Below, one piece after another: positions 1 through 9,170 of a stretch of 38,809 nt of DNA. The stretch comes from Candidatus Omnitrophota bacterium (GTDB lineage Bacteria; Omnitrophota; Gorgyraeia; DTHP01). Under the pieces are notes generated by a model. The model made no database searches. It was not told the DNA's origin and saw nothing but the letters and a program-made list of their open reading frames with translations. The position numbers and the translations under genes were made by a program. Each line of letters starts with the position of its first letter. The first letter of the stretch is position 1. The stretch is taken from assembly GCA_037442605.1 (NCBI GenBank), contig JBBIPY010000002.1, forward strand, positions 1 through 38,809, read 5' to 3'.

Positions 1-62
1 TCACCATCATAAGGATTCGGTTAGGCTTTTTCAATAGCTAATTTGGACATGAGTGGTTCTCA

Positions 63-283
63 CTGAAAAAGTATTTTTTGTCTGTGTTAACCCCGTTAGA
101 AATTGAAGCTCCACGGGCTTACACCCGTGGAATCTTTCTTTTCGCTTCGGCTCGGCACAGCGAAAACCTCGCCGAAGCGGAATTCCTCTCGCTATCCATC
201 CCCACCCTTACAGGTGGGGAATTCCGCGAAGGCGGGTTAAATTTCTAACAGGGCTAATCTGTGCGAACATAGGGTTTTTTCAG
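63..283. repeat. Composite palindromic intergenic word element carrying the 138-bp insert
   Basis: Outer arms ctgaaaaagtat / agggttttttcag. Inner 14-nt arms ccccgttagaaatt (91..104) and aatttctaacaggg (240..253). Same architecture as the uninterrupted element at 5746..5912. Confidence 0.7.
101..238. repeat. 138-bp structured repeat element, copy 1
   Basis: Base-for-base identical to 11518..11655. Hairpins: ccacggg-cttaca-cccgtgg (111..130), cgcttcggc/gccgaagcg (143..179), and gcggaatt/aattccgc enclosing ccccacc-cttaca-ggtgggg (177..227). Confidence 0.9.
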
Positions 284-416
284 GGTTAACTATATATATT
301 ATAATATAATACATCGCCTTATTCATCAAGGATAAAATTTTATGCCGGCGGGAATGGGCCTTCTGGACTAAAGATACGGAAAGATGGGAAAGCGTATTTT
401 CCGGATAGGGCAATTC

Positions 417-1367
417 TTATTCAATGGGCAGGAGTATTTTCTGACCGGTCTTGAGACGGTTGGGGTCCTTCAGTCTATCCCGGTTAAAATTATAAATGCG
501 TTTCCACTGATTGCCATCACCGTATTCCCTGACGGCAATCTTCCAGAGGGTATCGTTTTGCTGTACAACATATTCCTTGGTGGATACCTTTATGGACGAT
601 TCCAACTTCTCTTCCTTTTCTTTCAGGAATTTGCCTTCATCAATAACTTTTACTTCGGCTGATACCTCACCCATGTAAGGAAGCATTACCTCCTGGACCT
701 CGGCAATCATAAACTGGGCATTGCGGTCTTTCTGCATCCCTACCAGGTCTGTAAGGGGGGCAACCGCGTCCAGTTTCCCGCGACTCAGTATCCGTATACG
801 GCTCTCGGCAATGCCGTTTTCCCGCATAAAATTTCTTACCGCCTCCGCCCGTCGACGTCCGAGTTTCAGATTATACTCCTCGGGCCCGCGGACATCGCAG
901 TTACCCGTGATTAGGATATCCGCCTGAGGATTTCTCTGCAGGATCCTCACTGCCTGTTCTAAGATTAGTTTAGCATCTTCTCTTAAATCCGCCTTGTCAA
1001 AGTCAAAATATATTTTTACATTCCTGATTATCTTCTTGATTAGAAGCGACGGCCTCAATTCCTCTTTCTTAGGAGGAGGAAGTTCCTCGGCTTTATAATC
1101 AAAGATAATCTTATAAACATAAATATATCCGCGGTTACCCCACGGCACGGCTTTCCCCGGCACAGTTGGCCACCACCAGTATCCCCCGCGCGCCTCGTCT
1201 TTTACCGGTCCCGGATGGGCGTCTGTAGGCCACCAGACAAACTGCTCCTGCAATCTCTTTTTTTCTTCCTCTCTCCTTGCCTCTCTTACTTCAGGAGAAA
1301 CAAAAGCCAGAACGGAAGCCGTTAAACAAAACCAAAATAGGAAAAAAGCGCATGTTTTCTTTATCAT
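417..1367 (-). CDS. OmpA-family peptidoglycan-binding protein with C-terminal LysM domain
   Basis: N-terminal signal peptide. OmpA_C-like block (ILITGNCDVRGPEEYNLKLGRRRAEAV). LysM block (YVVQQNDTLWKIA...GQKILLP). Confidence 0.85.
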   Translation of the reverse strand: MIKKTCAFFLFWFCLTASVLAFVSPEVREARREEEKKRLQEQFVWWPTDAHPGPVKDEARGGYWWWPTVPGKAVPWGNRGYIYVYKIIFDYKAEELPPPKKEELRPSLLIKKIIRNVKIYFDFDKADLREDAKLILEQAVRILQRNPQADILITGNCDVRGPEEYNLKLGRRRAEAVRNFMRENGIAESRIRILSRGKLDAVAPLTDLVGMQKDRNAQFMIAEVQEVMLPYMGEVSAEVKVIDEGKFLKEKEEKLESSIKVSTKEYVVQQNDTLWKIAVREYGDGNQWKRIYNFNRDRLKDPNRLKTGQKILLPIE

Positions 1368-1377
1368 TTTTCACCTA

Positions 1378-1851
1378 TTATTTTGTGCCCGGGGCCTCTG
1401 ATAAATAGCGCGCCAATACCTGCCAGGTTGCCTTCCCTACTATTCCATCCGCCTTCAATCCGTTTGATTTTTGAAATGCCCTTATTGCCTCTTTGGTCTG
1501 GGGTCCCAATTTCCCATCAACAGCCCCCTTATAAAAACCCGCCTTTCTAAGCGCCGTCTGTATCTTCCTAATTGACGCCTGGGGCGTTTTCCTCCCTGTA
1601 TTCTGCAACTGTGTCTTCTTCAGCCCCAGCTGTTTCTCGCAACCCCGACGCATCTGTTTCTCTTTTTCCAATTGCCATTCTAAGTCTTCAATCTCCTTCT
1701 CGCTCTGTTTAAGCTGCTGCTCCATTGTCCCGAGTTGTGTGCGTAATTTCTGCGTCTCCATCTCTGTATGCCTGGAACCCGTGGTAGCGCAACCTGATAG
1801 AAGAAGAATAGAAACAATGATTATCCCTCTCCCCCAGATGGTCTTATCCAT
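1378..1851 (-). CDS. Lipoprotein with coiled-coil and PG_binding_1 domain
   Basis: Lipobox LLSGC. C-terminal GFYKGAVDGKLGPQTKEAIRAFQKSNGLKADGIVG..TW matches the peptidoglycan-binding repeat. Confidence 0.8.
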   Translation of the reverse strand: MDKTIWGRGIIIVSILLLSGCATTGSRHTEMETQKLRTQLGTMEQQLKQSEKEIEDLEWQLEKEKQMRRGCEKQLGLKKTQLQNTGRKTPQASIRKIQTALRKAGFYKGAVDGKLGPQTKEAIRAFQKSNGLKADGIVGKATWQVLARYLSEAPGTK

Positions 1852-1925
1852 CTATCTCTCCTTTCTTTGATTATTACAGCCTTCTGCGAAATTGAACTCT
1901 GAGGCTGAACAGATCTTGTGAAGAG

Positions 1926-2219
1926 CTATTGTTTGAATTTAAGCTCAGCGCCATCTTTAGGACAATATTGCGTCCCGGCAGTATAAGAGGCTCCGCAGAC
2001 CGGACAAAACTTCCTTGCTGCCTGTTCTCCCACGAGCGCTCCACCCAATCCGCCTACCGCTGCTCCGACGGCGGCCCCCTCGGCAGTTTTACCTTTCTGA
2101 TGTCCGATGATTGCCCCGGCGCCTGCTCCTACTGCCGCACCGATACCAGCACCTTTTTGAGTAGTTGTGCAACCGCTCAGGATTAATGCTGCGAGAATTA
2201 AACCATTCGCACCTTTCAT
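1926..2219 (-). CDS. Small glycine-zipper lipoprotein with C-terminal zinc-ribbon-like motif
   Basis: Lipobox LILSGC. Gly/Ala zipper stretches. CPVCG...YCPKDG near the C-terminus. Confidence 0.7.
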   Translation of the reverse strand: MKGANGLILAALILSGCTTTQKGAGIGAAVGAGAGAIIGHQKGKTAEGAAVGAAVGGLGGALVGEQAARKFCPVCGASYTAGTQYCPKDGAELKFKQ

Positions 2220-2278
2220 CTTGATGCACCTCCCTTCGTTCTAAAAAATGACTCTGACCCCTTTTTTAGACCCCTTTT

Positions 2279-3040
2279 TTACCTTTTCTGCAAATATCTA
2301 TCCAATGCCTTCCAGGTTTTCGTCCCTACCACTCCATCGGGGGTCAAACCCCTGCTTTTCTGAAAAGCCGTCACTGCCTGTTTGGTTTTTTCGCCCATTT
2401 TTCCGTCAACCGGACCGGGGTCAAAACCAGCATTCTTTAAAGCCGTCTGTACAGCCTTTACGCGGTCTTTATTTCTTAACCGGTGTTCCATAATCTCGGT
2501 CTGCAAATCTTCTTTTCTCGGATAATCCTTTTTTATCTCCTCCGTCTTCGTATCTCTATCCATCAGAGAAGCCAGTTTAGCAGGCTCGCCTAATTTAAAC
2601 CAGGTTGTTTTATTCAAGAAACCGCTAGGCCTCTCGCCCACCGCCACCTGGAATTCTCTTATTGCCCGGCGTGTAAACTTACCCATCTTGCCGTCAATAC
2701 TGCCTGGCTCAAATCCCTTCTCCTTAAGTTGCCTCTGTATCTCTGCTACGCGAAAATTGTAGACATTGATGTTTCCCAGGATTTCCTGCTCTTCCCCTAA
2801 TGTCTGTTTTAGATTTTTCTCTTCCCGCAGTCTTCTGACAAAATGGCCGTGCAGGGGTCTAAATAAAACAAAGAAGAAGAAAATAGCCAGAATGCCAAAA
2901 CCAATTCTTTTCCCGGTCTCCATTGCAACAATTATATCAGCAAATACTATGCCAAGAATTTTGCCAGACAGGACTTTTGTTCTCGAATCTGGCAACTTCT
3001 TCAATGCCAGTGAGTTGCGATAGGCAGCGCTATTATACAT
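2279..3040 (-). CDS. Membrane-anchored protein with two PG_binding_1 repeats
   Basis: One TM segment (GFGILAIFFFFVLF). Two copies of the GF.PG..DGK.G..T..A...FQ motif. The start may be the internal METGKR at ~2923. Confidence 0.75.
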   Translation of the reverse strand: MYNSAAYRNSLALKKLPDSRTKVLSGKILGIVFADIIVAMETGKRIGFGILAIFFFFVLFRPLHGHFVRRLREEKNLKQTLGEEQEILGNINVYNFRVAEIQRQLKEKGFEPGSIDGKMGKFTRRAIREFQVAVGERPSGFLNKTTWFKLGEPAKLASLMDRDTKTEEIKKDYPRKEDLQTEIMEHRLRNKDRVKAVQTALKNAGFDPGPVDGKMGEKTKQAVTAFQKSRGLTPDGVVGTKTWKALDRYLQKR

Positions 3041-3105
3041 CTGAAATAGGAAATCTCAACTCCTAAGTCGGTTGTAAAATTATTTTCCATGGCGCAAATA
3101 TTCTT

Positions 3106-4350
3106 TCATTGCTGGTTCAAAGGCAACATGGTCAGCAACCTGCAGGCGATATCGGGGTACCTTGCAATAAATCTCAATTCTTCTTCTACAAGCGGCTTTT
3201 GATTATGGACGTTAGCATATCTTGCCAGTTCCAGAATTCTCGTTGCCTCCTTCTCATTCTTAAATTCAAGCTCCAATTTTTCGTAGACATTTCTGAAACC
3301 CTTTATCCCCGAATATTCGCCAACCGTTATCTGCCTCCCCGTCTCGATAACCTCGGGCTCGCCCCGGCCTAATTCTTCAAAGTCATAGAGCTCGTAATTG
3401 CGCCTGTCTTTAAGGGCCCCGTCCGCATGAATCCCGGATTCGTGCGCAAAGGCATTGGCTCCCACGCCGGGCTGATTAATCGGAATGGGTATGCCAAATG
3501 CATAAGAGGCGTATTTGCAGATTTTCCAGGACATCTTTAAATCTATCCTTTCATCTAAAACATATTTACCCTGCAGGCCGCTTCCGTATTTTATTGCCAA
3601 TATTACCGCTACCAGATCCGCGTTACCGGCACGCTCGCCCATTCCGTTAACACAGGTATTAATAAAGGCATCCGCTCCGGCATCATTGGCTGCCACCGCA
3701 CCGGCTACAGAATTTGCCACCACCATTCCCAGGTCATTATGACAGTGCAGTTCAATTGGTATCCTTATCTTTTCGGCAATCTGTTTAACGCGTTCATAAA
3801 TGGTAAATGGGCTATCGTAACCCAGGGTATCGCAGTAACGAAATCTATCCGCCCCTGCGTCCTTTGCCGCTTTCGCAAAAGAGATCAGATAATCCATTTC
3901 TGTCCTGGAGGCATCTTCGGCATTAACCCCGATAGACTCGGCTCCTAAACTGCGCGCCAGCTTCACCGCCTCGCTCATTTCCTTGATTACCGAGGCATGG
4001 TCCAGTTTCCCCTTGAACTTATGCATAATCATCTGATCAGAAGTAGAAATGGAAAGATTTAAGTGTTTTATCTTTGGGCAGTTCTTGAATGCCTCCTGGA
4101 CATCTTCATCTATTGCCCTGACCCACCCTCCCAGGCGCATAGGAGATAACTCCCCTTTTTCGGCCAATTCCAGATTAGCATTGAGGTAATTGGTTTCGTG
4201 GTGGGTGGTGGGAAAACCAAACTCACTCTGAAAGACACCTGTCTGATTAAGATACATATTGAGGATGGTCTTCTGAAGCTTGGAAAGACATATACGGGAA
4301 GTCTGAACCCCATCCCGGTTGGTTACATCAATAATGCAAATCTTTGCCAT
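3106..4350 (-). CDS. Homocitrate / citramalate / isopropylmalate synthase family enzyme (HMGL-like DRE-TIM), no LeuA regulatory domain
   Basis: N-terminal IIDVTNRDGVQ and HCHNDLGM..AN..AG metal-site motifs. At 414 aa it lacks the C-terminal LeuA_dimer domain. Confidence 0.8.
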   Translation of the reverse strand: MAKICIIDVTNRDGVQTSRICLSKLQKTILNMYLNQTGVFQSEFGFPTTHHETNYLNANLELAEKGELSPMRLGGWVRAIDEDVQEAFKNCPKIKHLNLSISTSDQMIMHKFKGKLDHASVIKEMSEAVKLARSLGAESIGVNAEDASRTEMDYLISFAKAAKDAGADRFRYCDTLGYDSPFTIYERVKQIAEKIRIPIELHCHNDLGMVVANSVAGAVAANDAGADAFINTCVNGMGERAGNADLVAVILAIKYGSGLQGKYVLDERIDLKMSWKICKYASYAFGIPIPINQPGVGANAFAHESGIHADGALKDRRNYELYDFEELGRGEPEVIETGRQITVGEYSGIKGFRNVYEKLELEFKNEKEATRILELARYANVHNQKPLVEEELRFIARYPDIACRLLTMLPLNQQ

Positions 4351-4362
4351 GACTACCTCCCT

Positions 4363-5553
4363 TCATCTGAGTTTTTTCACAAACCGCTCGATTCTATCGA
4401 GGCCTTCGATGATGTTCTCCATTGACGTCGCATACGAAAGCCTGATGTGGTTATCGTCTCCGAATACACATCCGGGCACAACTGCCACATGCTCGCCGCT
4501 AAGCAGTAAATCGGTTAATCCCAGAGAGTCCCTGATTTTCTTGTCCTCCACCCCTTTACCTAAAATACCCGAGATATCCACCCAGCAATAAAAGGCCCCC
4601 TGCGGATTGATTGTGCCAAGCCCGGGAATGGAATTTACCCTCTCAACCATATAATCGCGCCGCTTCCTGAATTCCGCAACCATCTTCTTTAAATCCTCCT
4701 GGCTGCCCGTCAAGGCCTCCACAGTTGCTGCCTGGGCAATTGATGCGGGATTTGACGTGGAATGGTCCTGCAGGTTAGACATAACCTGTATAATCTCTTT
4801 AGGGCCCGCTGTATAGCCGATGCGCCAGCCGGTCATAGAATATGCCTTGGAAACCCCGTTTACGACGAGCACGCGTTTTTTGATTTCGTCTCCCAATGCC
4901 GCGACGCTGATATGGCGCATATCGTAGATAACCTTTTCGTAAATCTCATCCGAGATGCAATAAATGCCTGCCTTGACAACTACATCGCTCAGTTCCTTCA
5001 GTTCATTCTCGCTGTAGACCATACCCGTGGGGTTGGAGGGAGAATTGAGTATGAAAAGTTTGGTATTCGGCCTAATTGCCTCCTTGAGTTGACGTGGGGT
5101 TATTTTAAAATCATTCTCTGCTGTTGTCTCAAGGATAACCGCCTCTGCCCCGGTCAGCTTAATCATCTCCGGATAGCTCACCCAGTAAGGCGAAGGCAGA
5201 ATCACCTCGTCTTCTTCGTTACACAAGGCAATAATTGCATTGAATATGGAGTGCTTTGCCCCGCAGGAAACAAGTATTTCTTCCGGCGAATATTCCAATT
5301 TATTATCAAGCCTGAACTTTGCGCAGATTGCCTCTCTTAATTCCTTTATTCCTGCGGTAGGGGTATATTTGGTAAATCCCCGGTCTATTGCACGTTTTGC
5401 CGCCTCTTTGATATTAACGGGCGTATCAAAGTCCGGCTCGCCTGCACCGAAACCAATGACATTAATTCCCTCCGCCTGCATCTTTTTTGCCTTTGCCGTA
5501 ATACCCAAGGTCGGCGATGGACTGATCTGGGCCGTCTTTCTGGATACTGACAT
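4363..5553 (-). CDS. Class I pyridoxal-phosphate aminotransferase (aspartate aminotransferase type)
   Basis: SKAYSMTGWRIGY PLP-lysine motif, NPSNPTG, full-length 396 aa. Strong RBS aaggaggg upstream. Confidence 0.9.
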   Translation of the reverse strand: MSVSRKTAQISPSPTLGITAKAKKMQAEGINVIGFGAGEPDFDTPVNIKEAAKRAIDRGFTKYTPTAGIKELREAICAKFRLDNKLEYSPEEILVSCGAKHSIFNAIIALCNEEDEVILPSPYWVSYPEMIKLTGAEAVILETTAENDFKITPRQLKEAIRPNTKLFILNSPSNPTGMVYSENELKELSDVVVKAGIYCISDEIYEKVIYDMRHISVAALGDEIKKRVLVVNGVSKAYSMTGWRIGYTAGPKEIIQVMSNLQDHSTSNPASIAQAATVEALTGSQEDLKKMVAEFRKRRDYMVERVNSIPGLGTINPQGAFYCWVDISGILGKGVEDKKIRDSLGLTDLLLSGEHVAVVPGCVFGDDNHIRLSYATSMENIIEGLDRIERFVKKLR

Positions 5554-5745
5554 CTTTAGCCCTCCTTTAATTTTCTATTCCTGGCCTCTACCTCACCCGC
5601 CATCTGCTCTTTATATGTCTTTACCCTGCCCATAATCACTGCGGTCGGGTCGATATAGGAACCCTTATTCTTTATCCGGGGAAAATCTCCTTCGGGATTC
5701 TTTCTCAATATAAGGTATCAATACAATTAAATCCGCAGCTGAGAC

Positions 5746-5912
5746 CGTTGAAAAAGTATCTTTACGCAGATTAGCCCCGTTAGAAATTTAATTTCTAACG
5801 GGGTTAGCACAGATTAGAAGAGGCAAGATTAACGCAGATATCGACGATAATCTGCGATCATCTGTTGTTTTTAATCTGTGATTCATCTGTGCATCATAAG
5901 GGTTTTTCAACG
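5746..5912. repeat. Long imperfect palindromic word element with a perfect 29-nt palindrome at its core
   Basis: cgttgaaaaag ... tttttcaacg outer arms. Perfect palindrome ccccgttagaaatt-t-aatttctaacgggg at 5775..5803. Internal cagatta/taatctg and atctgtg words. Confidence 0.85.
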
Positions 5913-5928
5913 CTCTCTATTTCGGCAT

Positions 5929-6648
5929 TCATTCGACTCTCGTGATTACAATCCTGCCCAAGAAAGCAGGTATTTCTACGCGCCAAGGCAGTCTTTCTGT
6001 TTTTTTGAGCCATACCTCAAATCGGCGCGGTGAACCCTCCAGGATATAAAATTCTTCTATTTTCTCAGGCGCAGAAATTCTTCTTGTTTCTTTTAATCTT
6101 ATACCTATTTTACGCACAGGTAAATTAAATTCGTAAGTCCTGCCGATTGCCTCATCTCTGATGTCTAAAGGATAGAGGAAATATAAGACGAGAACATTAT
6201 GAATAGGCGGACTCACCCGGAACAATCTTTCTTCGCTGGTTTTATCTTTTATCTGGATTATTCTTACCCGTCCTTCTTTTTGCTCATATTCCTCTAAAAT
6301 CGATTCTTCCCTTCCTAAAAATTTAACCTTTCTGTGGACCTTTAGAGGCAGGAATGTATCTCTGTCCATAAAAACCAGTTCTTCGCTTTCTATCTGAAAT
6401 AATTTTATAATTTTTACATCGGAGGTAAGCCTAATGATATCCTGCCATATTCCTCCGATTTCCTTTCTTCCTTGATACCCCAGCTCAATTTTACCTACCT
6501 TTATTCCATTGAAATGAACCTGATATAAAAACCTCTTGCCTGCCTCAAAAGGCAAAACGCGGCATTCCCGGCCTATCTCCTCTGACCAGGCAGTTTTATC
6601 TCGGATAAAAAAAACCCGCCAGGCAAAAGAGATAATCGAGAGCGTCAA
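5929..6648 (-). CDS. Hypothetical protein (possibly DUF3108-like)
   Basis: Long ORF in operon orientation with an N-terminal hydrophobic segment. The family call is from weak recall only. Confidence 0.55.
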   Translation of the reverse strand: MTLSIISFAWRVFFIRDKTAWSEEIGRECRVLPFEAGKRFLYQVHFNGIKVGKIELGYQGRKEIGGIWQDIIRLTSDVKIIKLFQIESEELVFMDRDTFLPLKVHRKVKFLGREESILEEYEQKEGRVRIIQIKDKTSEERLFRVSPPIHNVLVLYFLYPLDIRDEAIGRTYEFNLPVRKIGIRLKETRRISAPEKIEEFYILEGSPRRFEVWLKKTERLPWRVEIPAFLGRIVITRVE

Positions 6649-6682
6649 TACTATAGTTCTAATCTTGGGTTTAAATTTGAAT

Positions 6683-7969
6683 TTAATACGCCGTCCTTTC
6701 GTCTACGGAAAGAATCCCGGGAACACGCGAAAGAAAAACAAGACCCAATAATAGAAACAGATTCAGGCTAAAAAGCGCAATGCGGTATCTTATTATTCCC
6801 AGGGGTAAAAGCAGCAGCAGAATCAGTCCCCAAAAAAGAGAACCGGCAATGGCTGAAAGGTATACCGCCAGATTAAACAATCCGAATACCTCGCCCATTC
6901 TCTCAGCGGGGACTAAATGCACTGCCAAGGCACGCAAGACCGTCCATGTTGAACCCAGGGTCAATCCGACAAGACCTCCCGCCAACCAATAAAGCGGCAT
7001 ACTTCTTGCCATCGCAGCCAGCACAAGAGCCAGCATCCAGAGGACAAATATAGCCTTGAGGCTTTTCCCTGCGCCAATGTGGTCGCTAATGTATCCGGAG
7101 ACAACGCTGCCTAAAATAGCAAACAGCGTAGAAAAACTAACCAGATTAACAATCTGGGATTCATTTAGTTTAAAAACTATACTGGCATATACGGACATAA
7201 AGATAATTACCACATTAATTGCGCAAAGCCCCCAGAAAGATGCTTTCAAAAAATCCGCAAAGCCTTGGCTTTGGGGGTTAAAAAGAGCGGTCTTTAATTC
7301 TCCTAAAACCTCCAGGAGTTTTTCTTTCTTAAAAAAAGTAAATAGATTAATTCTAACTTCGGGTAGTTTTTTATCCTTGATAAAAATCATACAGGGCAAA
7401 GCAAATGTTAGAAATAACACTCCCGTCGGGAAAAATGCCTGCCGGTAGCCTCCTTTTAACACATACGGTTTAATCAGATACAGGGCGAGGAGCGCGCCGC
7501 CATAACCCAGCATCCTGCCCAATCCTGAGACAAGGCCAATTTTATCCTTTGAAACAATGCCTGGCAGTAAGGCATTATAAAAGACAACGGCTGCCTGACA
7601 GCCAAAATTCGCAATGGCAAAAAATGCAAGGCAAACAAAGATATTCTTGCTTATCCCTAAAATTAGGGTGAAGATAACCGATAATAAAGTAAGCATAATC
7701 AAAAAGGGCATCCGCCTATGCAGCGTATCAGAGGCTCTCCCTAAAACAGGCGCGGATACAGCCACAATAAATGTGGAGATACTTAAGGCAAGACTATAAA
7801 AGAGCTCCGGATATCCCAACTCAAGTGTTACCCAACGCACAAAATATAAAGAGACAATATTGAGGGCAAAGAATTGATTAGCTAAATCATAAAGGCCCCA
7901 AGATAAAATTAAAGCACCCTGTTTGATTCCCTTTGCAGAAATCATCTTTTCCCCGCCGGCATTATACAA
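6683..7969 (-). CDS. MFS transporter, UMF1/Atg22-like
   Basis: About 12 predicted TM segments. N-terminal WGLYDLANQFF motif typical of UMF1. Probable start MISAKG at 7945. Confidence 0.8.
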   Translation of the reverse strand: MYNAGGEKMISAKGIKQGALILSWGLYDLANQFFALNIVSLYFVRWVTLELGYPELFYSLALSISTFIVAVSAPVLGRASDTLHRRMPFLIMLTLLSVIFTLILGISKNIFVCLAFFAIANFGCQAAVVFYNALLPGIVSKDKIGLVSGLGRMLGYGGALLALYLIKPYVLKGGYRQAFFPTGVLFLTFALPCMIFIKDKKLPEVRINLFTFFKKEKLLEVLGELKTALFNPQSQGFADFLKASFWGLCAINVVIIFMSVYASIVFKLNESQIVNLVSFSTLFAILGSVVSGYISDHIGAGKSLKAIFVLWMLALVLAAMARSMPLYWLAGGLVGLTLGSTWTVLRALAVHLVPAERMGEVFGLFNLAVYLSAIAGSLFWGLILLLLLPLGIIRYRIALFSLNLFLLLGLVFLSRVPGILSVDERTAY

Positions 7970-8117
7970 AGAGGCCCCTTTTATTTCTCACCCTATCGAA
8001 TATTTTTTCTCGGCCCCAAAACACAGGTAACCCCGATAAAAGCCGCCATACCCAATTTCCCGCCTAAACCATAGAACAAATGATATATACGGTTATTAAC
8101 AAAACGGCAGTCCTTCC

Positions 8118-9161
8118 TTATTGACCCTGGTTTTTCGAGGATCTCCTTAATCTATCCATAATAGCTAAGCCCAGTCCTTGTTCTTTAATTCCCTCAACAA
8201 TAATGACGTCTACCCCTTCTTTATCAAAATCCCGCAGAATAGAAAAAAGATTAGCCGCACAGATGCTTAAATTTTCTTCCGGGCCAAGCACCTTGACGTT
8301 GTAACCTCCATATTTATCTTTATTCTCCTCTCTGACCATAATACCAAAAATATAGCCCTGACCGGCTAACTCGGAGGCGATGTCCCTTATCTTATCTGCC
8401 TGCACCTTACCATTTTTTTCCACAAGAATCACCTTTGCCTTGGGCGAATAATGGCGAATAGCCATCCCCGGAGAAAGAATCTTATTCCCCCGATAAAGTC
8501 TGACCTGAGGAACAAGTTTTCTCAAATCCTCCAGGCTAATTGCCCCCGGCCGCAATACGCAGAAAGGCTCTTGAGTAAGGTCTAAGATGGTTGACTCTAT
8601 GCCTATGTTAGTTTTTCCTCCGTCAAGAATAAAGTCCACTTTCCCCTTCAAATCATCTAAAACATGCTCTGCGCTTGTAGGAGAGGGTCTGCCAAAGAGA
8701 TTAGCGCTCGGCGCGGCAAGGGGCGTCTGCGCCTCTTTAATGAGCCTTAAGGCAACAGGGTGGTCGGGCATTCTTACCGCCACCGTATCTAAACCCGCTG
8801 TAACGATATACGGGACAATCTCTGATTTTCTCAATACCAGGGTTAACGGCCCGGGCCAAAATTCCTCAATAAGGTCTAAAGCAATTTCACGAACCTCGGT
8901 TGATAAATTGGACAAATCCTGCTTATCCGCAATATGCACAATCAAGGGATCATGCAGCGGTCTGTCTTTCATCTCAAATATCTTAGCCACCGCATAAGGA
9001 TTTAAGGCATCCGCCCCCAAACCATAAACCGTCTCGGTAGGAAAAGCCACCAAACCGCCTTTTTTAATAATCTCTGCCGCTCTTTTGATTCTGTCTGAGT
9101 CTATATTCTCTGAGTTAACTTCTGAGATTTCTGTTTTCATAAACCGTCCTCTATGCGTCAA
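8118..9161 (-). CDS. sua5: L-threonylcarbamoyladenylate synthase, long Sua5/YwlC form
   Basis: FPTETVYGLGADA and KDRP motifs plus a C-terminal Sua5 domain. Probable start at 9140. Confidence 0.9.
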   Translation of the reverse strand: MTHRGRFMKTEISEVNSENIDSDRIKRAAEIIKKGGLVAFPTETVYGLGADALNPYAVAKIFEMKDRPLHDPLIVHIADKQDLSNLSTEVREIALDLIEEFWPGPLTLVLRKSEIVPYIVTAGLDTVAVRMPDHPVALRLIKEAQTPLAAPSANLFGRPSPTSAEHVLDDLKGKVDFILDGGKTNIGIESTILDLTQEPFCVLRPGAISLEDLRKLVPQVRLYRGNKILSPGMAIRHYSPKAKVILVEKNGKVQADKIRDIASELAGQGYIFGIMVREENKDKYGGYNVKVLGPEENLSICAANLFSILRDFDKEGVDVIIVEGIKEQGLGLAIMDRLRRSSKNQGQ

Positions 9162-9170
9162 ATCAAAATT

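Noticed and set aside
4762-5340. Long plus-strand ORFs inside minus-strand genes (also 13552..13995, 24180..24617, 24661..25203, 37678..38082, 18113..18475, 8587..8997)
   Set aside because: All are antisense to genes with strong family signatures and show no motifs of their own. They are shadow ORFs.
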